Source: Alphaproteobacteria bacterium (GTDB taxonomy: Bacteria; Pseudomonadota; Alphaproteobacteria; SP197). Taken from it: a stretch of DNA of 64,000 bases. Positions 57,365 through 64,000 of this stretch are shown piece by piece. Each line of letters starts with the position of its first letter. The stretch's first letter is position 1. Under the pieces are notes generated by a model that worked only from the letters and a program-made list of their open reading frames with translations, was not told the origin of the DNA and searched no databases. The DNA lies in contig OZ245842.1 in the NCBI GenBank assembly GCA_965228895.1, positions 3,168,001 through 3,232,000 on the forward strand, written 5' to 3'. The position numbers were made by a program, and so were the translations under genes.

Positions 57365-57550
57365 TTCTTCTCACCACCTTTTTGTTTGCCGTTCGCGTGA
57401 TTCACACAACAGTCTACAACCAAACCGTGTAGAATGCGATGCTGATTTAGGGACGAGACCATGAACGCTACTGTAATCACAGAAAATTACCCTCTGGTAC
57501 GGTCAGAGCAATCCTTCGACAGTTAGATAGGCTTGAGGAATCGCCCTCTG

Positions 57551-59305
57551 CTATCCTGACGCCTGAGCAAAGGCGGTCTTGCCGCGCGCGATTTCGGCTT
57601 CCTCGGCGGCGGTCAGCGGGCGTGGTTCAAGCCAGCCGTGATAGCCGACAACCGGGCCGGCCAATGGCAGAGAAACATCGACATGGAAGTTGAAGCGGCC
57701 GTCCTCGACCGCCTCATGGGCGTCTGAGCGCGGCGCCAGCATCATGGGCATGGCGATGCCGAACAGCGACCAACGGCGCACGACGATGTGGAGACGGCCG
57801 TCGGCGACGACCAGCGCCAAGCCGACCGTGATCGCGCCGAACCGTTCGTTCAGCAGATAGGCCGAGCGGCCGCGCCCCTGGGATTGCAGACTCTCGAACG
57901 TCTGGCCGTCAAAATCGCGGTGCCAGGTCTCCTGCCCGTCCTCAGCCGTAAACGTCACCTTGACCGGGAGATCGTCACCGGCATCCGGGAAACCGATCAC
58001 ACGGCCGGCGAGCCGCGCCAGGAACCCCGTGCCGCGCGTCACCCTGGCCCTACCCTCGGCCACCATGGTGCCGTCCAGATCGTGCATTGCCTGGATCGGC
58101 GCGGGCAGATCGTCCCAGGCGCTGCCCAGAAGCCGGCGGTAAAGCGGCTGCTCGGCGGTCGACGGGCCTTCGTCGCGTACACCCCAACGCATGGAGAAAC
58201 GTTCGAAGAGCGTTTCGTAGTCCGCGAGGTCGACATCGTCGATCGCGGGTCGGGCGCCCGGTTCGGGCGTGCGGCCGGCAAGGCAGCGGCGCACGACCGC
58301 CGCGATCGCCATGGCCGGAACGAAGGGACCGTGATCGTCTTCGGCGATCAGGTGCCAGGTGCGTTCGGTGCGCGTGCCATCTTCGCCGCGCCCGGCGATG
58401 GCGACGAACATGCCACTGCGGTCCTCGCCCCAGCGCAGCCACGACGCCAGCCGTGCGATGATCGGCGCGAACAGCTTGAGCGGGGGCAACAGATGAAAGC
58501 GCACGAGGGTTGCGGCGATGTTGAAGCCGCGCTGCGGCAGGTCGGGACCCGGCGAAAAGCCGAACCAGATCGCCTTGAGGCCATGCCACTGCAACAGCAT
58601 AAGCTGGTTGTCGGGGACGTCGACCAGCGAGAACAGCCGGTTCTTCAGCGGCAGCACGCCCGGCGGCGCGATGGTCGAACGGCGGGTCTCGGCGAGCGCA
58701 TAACCGGTGACAGGCTGGCCGCGATAGATCAGATCGATCGGTTTGCCCGCGTAAGAGATGCCAGCGATGACAACGTTCTTGCCGAGCGTGGCGTGCGGCG
58801 ATGGCGCGATGCCGGCGGTGATCGTTTCGACCCGGGGCATCGGTTCGGTCAAATGGCGCATGACCGCCGACGATAGGGTTGGATAGGAACTGGCGCCGGT
58901 CAACACAAAGCACCCGCGTTCACGCGCCATGTCGTTGAACTGGCCGATGCCCATGACAAAAGCCGAAGCATCCGCCAGGTCGATATAGTTGACACCGCCG
59001 CCGATACAGGCGCGGACGAGTTTGTAAACGTCGCCGGGATAGTCCTGAAACGGGCCGGACGCATCGACCACCAGGTCGGGGTCATAGGCGCCGAGCGTCG
59101 CGATGATATCGCCGTCGCGATCAAAGACTGCGGGCTCTGCGTCGGCGTCGGCCAGATAGGTGTCGCAGAAGGCGCGCGCCTTTGTGATGTTACGGCCGGC
59201 GATCAGCAGCTTTAGACCGGGCTCATCGACCAGGAGGCGCGCCAGCCGGCCGCCGAACGTGCCGTAACCGCCGACAATCAACACCGTCAACTTGGTTTCG
59301 CTCAT
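57551..59305 (-). CDS. Saccharopine dehydrogenase-like NAD-binding protein fused to DUF4166
   Basis: GGYGTFGGR, DASGPFQ, YIDLAD; C-terminal ETWHRDF, YHGWL. Confidence 0.85.
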   Translation of the reverse strand: MSETKLTVLIVGGYGTFGGRLARLLVDEPGLKLLIAGRNITKARAFCDTYLADADAEPAVFDRDGDIIATLGAYDPDLVVDASGPFQDYPGDVYKLVRACIGGGVNYIDLADASAFVMGIGQFNDMARERGCFVLTGASSYPTLSSAVMRHLTEPMPRVETITAGIAPSPHATLGKNVVIAGISYAGKPIDLIYRGQPVTGYALAETRRSTIAPPGVLPLKNRLFSLVDVPDNQLMLLQWHGLKAIWFGFSPGPDLPQRGFNIAATLVRFHLLPPLKLFAPIIARLASWLRWGEDRSGMFVAIAGRGEDGTRTERTWHLIAEDDHGPFVPAMAIAAVVRRCLAGRTPEPGARPAIDDVDLADYETLFERFSMRWGVRDEGPSTAEQPLYRRLLGSAWDDLPAPIQAMHDLDGTMVAEGRARVTRGTGFLARLAGRVIGFPDAGDDLPVKVTFTAEDGQETWHRDFDGQTFESLQSQGRGRSAYLLNERFGAITVGLALVVADGRLHIVVRRWSLFGIAMPMMLAPRSDAHEAVEDGRFNFHVDVSLPLAGPVVGYHGWLEPRPLTAAEEAEIARGKTAFAQASG

Positions 59306-59751
59306 GCCAGGAACCGGTCGCGGTAATCGTTGTCGACGAGGTAACAGACCTCACGCCGGCCAAACAACCGGAAACGGTTGCGCGCCACGAGGTCGTAGAG
59401 CCAGTCGCGCCATGTCCGCGGCAGCAAACGAAACACACAGGCCAGCGACCAGGGAAAACCGAGCCCTTTCGCCATTCGGATCGATCCCTCCGACCTGAAC
59501 CAGGCGCGCCCGTCCTCGATCAGGATGTTGGTCTCGTAGTTCTCGGGGTCGAGACCGAGGTGCACATAAAGCGCGTGGCCCAACGGCGACTGGGCAGGCA
59601 GCAGTCGGTAACGGCCCTGCCGATCGTGTTTGAGGACGAACCGCGCCCAGCGCGAACAGAGAACGCAATGACCGTCGAAGACGATGACCGGCTTGTCATC
59701 GGGAAAGTCCGGAACGGCGGGATCCTCGCGATAGGCGTAGGCTGGCGTCAT
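59302..59751 (-). CDS. DCC1-like thiol-disulfide oxidoreductase (DUF393)
   Basis: FDGHCVLC, RDWLYDLVARNRFRLFG...C. Confidence 0.9.
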   Translation of the reverse strand: MTPAYAYREDPAVPDFPDDKPVIVFDGHCVLCSRWARFVLKHDRQGRYRLLPAQSPLGHALYVHLGLDPENYETNILIEDGRAWFRSEGSIRMAKGLGFPWSLACVFRLLPRTWRDWLYDLVARNRFRLFGRREVCYLVDNDYRDRFLA

Positions 59752-59846
59752 GGCGCGGGACCATAGCATGATCGGTGAATGATCGGCGACGCGATGGACG
59801 GCGGCCCCAAAGCAACGCACAATCACCACGAAAACCGCCACGCTGA

Positions 59847-60071
59847 ATGGGAACGACCATGGACCTGGACGATCTGGAACTCGAACTGAACAAGCTGTTG
59901 TCGGGTGTCGAAAATCGCCCGGAAGACCGCCACGAACTGCACATGATGATCAAGGAAAAGCTCGGCGAGATGCGCGCCATGGGTATGCCGATCCCCGAAG
60001 ACCTCCTGCGCTTCGAAGCGGAGCTGGAAGAGGCCGAGGATTCGGAGCGGACGGAGGAGAAAAAGGACTGA
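59847..60071 (+). CDS. Small acidic hypothetical protein
   Basis: PEDRHEL...L.EMRAMGMPIPEDL..FE..L pattern. Confidence 0.7.
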   Translation: MGTTMDLDDLELELNKLLSGVENRPEDRHELHMMIKEKLGEMRAMGMPIPEDLLRFEAELEEAEDSERTEEKKD

Positions 60072-60095
60072 GGTTCGAGAGACAGCCTTAAGAGG

Positions 60096-60746
60096 ATGCA
60101 GCAGAAGCCACGGCTGATCTCCTTCGACCTGGACGGCACGCTCGTCCACCGGTCGACAACCTGTCTGGAGCTGGCCAAGGCCCATGATTGCCTGGACGAG
60201 GTCATGGCGCTGGAGGCGGGTTACACCTGTGGCGAGATCACCCACCGTGAGTTTGCCGAGCGAAACGCGGCGGTCTATCGCGACTGGCCGCTGGAAGACG
60301 CCGAACGGGCGGCGCTTGCCCTGCCCCTGATCGACGGTCTCTCCGATACCGTTCGGACGTTGAAGGCGTCGGGCCCTCACATTCTGATCGTGACCGTCAC
60401 CTGGTCTTTTGTTGCGCTGGCGCTCGTGCGCTCGTTCGGCCTGGATGGTTTCGCCGGCGCCACCATGGGTGAGCGTGACGGCCGGTTGACCGGCGAAGTC
60501 ACCACCCATTTCGGCGAGGTCGACAAGCCGCGCTATGTCGAAGCCTATGGACGCGAACACGGTATCGGACTCAGCCAGTGCGTCGCGATCGGCGACAGCC
60601 GCTCGGATTTGCCGCTGTTCGCGGCGGTCGGCCATGCAATTGCGCTCAATGCCACCAACGACGCACGCGAAGCCGCCCATACGACCGTCGACACCGACGA
60701 CCTGCGCGACGTGTTGCCGCATATCGGTTTTGAACCGGCAGCCTAG
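60096..60746 (+). CDS. HAD-IB (SerB-like) phosphatase
   Basis: FDLDGTL, K, IGDSRSD. Confidence 0.85.
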   Translation: MQQKPRLISFDLDGTLVHRSTTCLELAKAHDCLDEVMALEAGYTCGEITHREFAERNAAVYRDWPLEDAERAALALPLIDGLSDTVRTLKASGPHILIVTVTWSFVALALVRSFGLDGFAGATMGERDGRLTGEVTTHFGEVDKPRYVEAYGREHGIGLSQCVAIGDSRSDLPLFAAVGHAIALNATNDAREAAHTTVDTDDLRDVLPHIGFEPAA

Positions 60747-60816
60747 ACATTCCCGCGACATTCCATCCCGGCTCAAGGCCGGGACGCGGAAACGTTCTTC
60801 GACGACCAATGGCGCC

Positions 60817-61695
60817 TTAGAACAGATTCACCTTCCTGGTCATCGACTGCCAGCGTTGCAGGCGTTCGCGCATGGCTTTGGGGTCGCGTTCGGCGACGGC
60901 GTGGACCAGCACGTTCAACGCGGCGACCAGCGCCCCGGTGGATTCGAGCAACAGGCCACTGCGTGACGGTGCGTGGACGATGAGGTCGGTGTAGCTCTGC
61001 GCCCAGTGACAGGACTCATCGGAGACGACGACGAGGTCGCGGCCGGCGTCGCGGCACATCTGGCATAGGACCGGCGCTTCACGCGCATAGGGCACGACGT
61101 CGACGACGATCACACAGTCCGCGTGACCGTCGCCGTCGGTCTGCGCGCTGCCGACCCATTCCGTCAGCATACTGTCGTGGGCCGCGAGAAAACGCACGTC
61201 GTCGCGGGCGATCGCCAGGCGGCGCGAGAAATCCTCGGCCGCGCCGCGCACCGACTGAAAGCCGGTGACAAAAACGTTGCGCGCTTCGGCCACCGTTTCG
61301 ACCAGGCGTTCGGCGCGATCGCCGGAGAACTGTTCGAAGACGGTGATGAGCGCCCTCACCTCGGAGTCCAGCATGTCCTTCAGCGGGTCATCGTCCAGCG
61401 TCGTGCTGCGCGCGAAGCCGAGCTGGCCGGCGCTCTGGTCAGCCTGCATTTCGCGTTTGAGGCCGGGCATGCCGCGATAGCCGAGACGGCTTAAGAGGCG
61501 GCTCACCGTGACCTCGCTGGTGCCGGCCTTCATGGCAATCGAGGCGCCGGTCTCGAAGCCCAGCTCGCCCGCGTTCAACAAAATGAACTGCGCGACCTTC
61601 GCCTCCTGGCGCGGCAGTGTCGGCATCAGCTCCTCGATCTGCGTGACGAAGCGCGGCTGGCTCGCCAACGGATGTGAGGAGAAGATTTCCTTCAT
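60817..61695 (-). CDS. MurR/RpiR family transcriptional regulator
   Basis: SEVTVSR..RLGY.G HTH plus SIS domain. Confidence 0.9.
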   Translation of the reverse strand: MKEIFSSHPLASQPRFVTQIEELMPTLPRQEAKVAQFILLNAGELGFETGASIAMKAGTSEVTVSRLLSRLGYRGMPGLKREMQADQSAGQLGFARSTTLDDDPLKDMLDSEVRALITVFEQFSGDRAERLVETVAEARNVFVTGFQSVRGAAEDFSRRLAIARDDVRFLAAHDSMLTEWVGSAQTDGDGHADCVIVVDVVPYAREAPVLCQMCRDAGRDLVVVSDESCHWAQSYTDLIVHAPSRSGLLLESTGALVAALNVLVHAVAERDPKAMRERLQRWQSMTRKVNLF

Positions 61696-61743
61696 GAAAG
61701 CAATCTTTCAGACATTGACTTTGGAAGAATACTTTCATAGCGT
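61695..61743 (+). promoter_or_regulatory. Divergent control region with two operator palindromes overlapping the potD promoter
   Basis: TGAAAG-CAAT-CTTTCA (61695-61710), TGGAAG-AATA-CTTTCA (61722-61737); TTGACT(61715)-17 nt-TAGCGT(61738). Confidence 0.7.
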
Positions 61744-61841
61744 TTCTGACAAATCAACGGGTTTGGGCGGCTGCGTTTCCGCATCGGCGTCGTCGCTCAC
61801 GACAACAACCGCGACGCGGCATGGATGAGGGGAGACGAGCT

Positions 61842-62906
61842 ATGAGCATTCCAACCAGCAAAGCGGCTGGGTTTTTGAAGAGCGCCGCAGCCGGCGTTGC
61901 GGCGGCCGCGCTGATTGCGTTGACGGCGCCGGCGGCCGAGGCCCAGGGCGAGCTCAATGTCTATAACTGGGGCGACTACATCAATCCGGAAGTGCTGAAG
62001 CGCTTCGAGGACGAAACCGGCATCAAGGTCAACCTGGATACCTACGGCACCAACGAGGAAATGCTGGCGAAGATCCAGGCTGGCGCGACGGGTTACGACA
62101 TCGTGTTCCCGTCGGTCCACATGCACGACATCATGTACAAGCTGGATCTGCTGTGGGAGAGCAACATCAATGAGAGCCCGGGCTTCGAGAACATCGATCC
62201 GGACTTTATCCGCGCTCAGACCGACCCTGAAGGTTCGTGGTGCCTGCCCTATGCCTGGGGCACGGTCGGCATCGTCTATAACAAGAACATCGTGCCGGAA
62301 CTGACGAGCTGGGAAGACTTCTTTGCCATTCCCGATGAGCACGGCGGCAAAATCACCATGCTAGACGATCTGCGCGAGACCATCGGCGTCGGCCTGATCG
62401 TCAACGGCTATTCGGTCAACACCGACAACCCCGACGAGATCAAGGTCGCCGAGGAGTACATCACCGAACGGCGCGACAACATCTCGGCCTTCACCTATGA
62501 CGTGATCCCGCTGGTGCAGTCCGGCGACATCGCCGCCGCCCACTGGTATGTCGGCGCCATGTACGCGGTGCTGCAGGATCCCGAAAACTTGGGCTACGTG
62601 ATCCCGTCGGAAGGCGCGACGATGTATCAGGAAGACATCTGCGTTCTCGAATCCGCGCCGAACAAGGAAAACGCGGTCAAGTTCATGGAGTTCTACATGC
62701 AGCCCGAGATCCCGGTGCTGAATGTCGAACAGCAGCTCAACGGCACGCCGAACATGGTGTCGCGCGAGATGCTGCCGGAGGAGTTCAAGAGCCACCCCGG
62801 CATGAACCCCTCAGCAGAGGTGATGGCCAAGCTGCAGATCTTCGAGGATCTGGGCGAAGACCTGAAGCTCTATGACCGGGCGTGGACCAGGATCCGCACC
62901 CAGTAA
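61842..62906 (+). CDS. potD: Spermidine/putrescine-type ABC substrate-binding protein
   Basis: LNVYNWGDYI, NEEMLAK, GYDIVFPS, PYAWGTVGI. Confidence 0.85.
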   Translation: MSIPTSKAAGFLKSAAAGVAAAALIALTAPAAEAQGELNVYNWGDYINPEVLKRFEDETGIKVNLDTYGTNEEMLAKIQAGATGYDIVFPSVHMHDIMYKLDLLWESNINESPGFENIDPDFIRAQTDPEGSWCLPYAWGTVGIVYNKNIVPELTSWEDFFAIPDEHGGKITMLDDLRETIGVGLIVNGYSVNTDNPDEIKVAEEYITERRDNISAFTYDVIPLVQSGDIAAAHWYVGAMYAVLQDPENLGYVIPSEGATMYQEDICVLESAPNKENAVKFMEFYMQPEIPVLNVEQQLNGTPNMVSREMLPEEFKSHPGMNPSAEVMAKLQIFEDLGEDLKLYDRAWTRIRTQ

Positions 62907-63002
62907 TCCCAGACCTGCGGGCGGGCGCTGCCAAACTTGCGGTGTCCGTCCGGCTTCTTCATCTTGTGACCTGCTTGGGCAGTTGGGGCGTTTGATCAAC
63001 AC

Positions 63003-64000
63003 ATGCTTGTTGTCATCTCCGAAGCGGTCAAGCGGTTCGCCGCGCCGGAAGGCGGCTTCATCAGCGCGCTTGATGCGGTCTCGCTTGATGTCGGCGACAG
63101 CGAGTTCGTCACCCTTCTAGGCCCGTCGGGCTGCGGCAAGACGACCCTGCTTCGCGCGATCAGCGGGTTCGAGGATCTGGACTCCGGTTCCATCACCATC
63201 GACGGCCAGGCGATGGAACACGTGCCGCCGCACAAGCGCCCAGTGAACACAGTCTTTCAGAACTACGCCCTCTTCCCGCACTTATCGGTCGGCGACAACA
63301 TTACCTACGGCCTTGAGGTCACCGGCTGCCCGAAGGCCGAGCGCAAGAAGCGCATGGCTGACGCGCTCGACCTGGTCGGGCTCGGCGGGTTCGAGCGGCG
63401 CAAACCGCGCCAGCTTTCCGGTGGTCAGCAGCAACGTGTCGCTCTGGCGCGCGCCATCGTCAACCGCCCGAAGCTGTTGCTGTTGGACGAGCCGCTCTCG
63501 GCACTCGACCGCAAGCTGCGCCAGGCGATGCAATTGGAACTGAAGAACATTCAAAACGAGCTCGGCATCTCGTTCGTCTTCGTGACCCATGACCAGGAAG
63601 AAGCGCTGACCATGTCGGACCGCATCATCGTGATGGATCACGGACGGGTGCAGCAGATGGGGACGCCGACGGAAATCTATGACGCGCCGGCCTCGATCTT
63701 CGTCGCCCAGTTCATCGGCGAGAGCAATCTGTTCGAAGGCCGGGTGTCGCGCGACGGCAACGCGGTCATGCTGGAAACCGAACACGGCCTGCGACTTTTC
63801 GCCACCGACAGCGCGGGCACGTTGACCAATGGCGGCCGCGCGACGGTGCTTCTTCGCCCTGAAGACCTGGATCTCGCGACGGACGACGATCAGGGCGGCA
63901 GCGATCACGCGCTGATCGACGCGACGCTTATGCAGACCGTCTTTGTCGGTTCCGACTTCCAGGTTGTCGCGCAGACCGCTGGCGGACAGGAGCTCAAGGC
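63003..64000 (+). CDS. potA: Polyamine ABC transporter ATP-binding protein (partial, runs off the window)
   Basis: GPSGCGKT, VFQNYALFPHL, LSGGQQQRVALARA, LLLDEPLSALD, FVTHDQEEA. Confidence 0.88.
   Translation, partial: MLVVISEAVKRFAAPEGGFISALDAVSLDVGDSEFVTLLGPSGCGKTTLLRAISGFEDLDSGSITIDGQAMEHVPPHKRPVNTVFQNYALFPHLSVGDNITYGLEVTGCPKAERKKRMADALDLVGLGGFERRKPRQLSGGQQQRVALARAIVNRPKLLLLDEPLSALDRKLRQAMQLELKNIQNELGISFVFVTHDQEEALTMSDRIIVMDHGRVQQMGTPTEIYDAPASIFVAQFIGESNLFEGRVSRDGNAVMLETEHGLRLFATDSAGTLTNGGRATVLLRPEDLDLATDDDQGGSDHALIDATLMQTVFVGSDFQVVAQTAGGQELK

Overview
GC-rich alphaproteobacterial (Rhodospirillales-like, by inference from rpsU, COQ9-def synteny, split pntA and porin style) chromosomal window. 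I found no tRNA, rRNA, CRISPR array, integrase or transposase. Housekeeping genes (COQ9, def, rpsU, pntAA/AB/B, mtgA, cls, gfa, porin, potD/potA) are mixed with accessory genes: an ArsR-SRPBCC-GST unit, arsR-arsI-gst, sbtA-sbtB-carbonic anhydrase, tandem secreted paralogs, a PMA1-type P-type H+-ATPase with PPK2, and a low-GC SIR2-like DUF4917 gene. The main result is regulatory and is invisible to the ORF track. Two atypical, probably auxiliary aminoacyl-tRNA synthetases lie about 3 kb apart around a DHA2 efflux pump: an editing-domain-less ThrRS and a MetRS with HIGF/KIGKS motifs. Each is preceded by a sigma70-like promoter, an apparently leaderless leader peptide rich in its cognate amino acid (MFGWNAQTWTTTTTRK...; MVNLTNLSAAMMKPHMMH...), an antiterminator and an intrinsic terminator, so these look like Thr- and Met-sensing ribosome-mediated attenuators. 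A third uORF (MSEAVVIG) pairs with the ribosome-binding region of an orphan yjhX/topAI gene. Further observations are non-canonical starts (ATC for rpsU, CTG for DUF4917), a duplicated usp 3' end flanking an inserted gene, a palindromic repeat family, and an unannotated small lipoprotein paralog. All calls come from reading the sequence and motifs by eye; no searches or folding programs were run.
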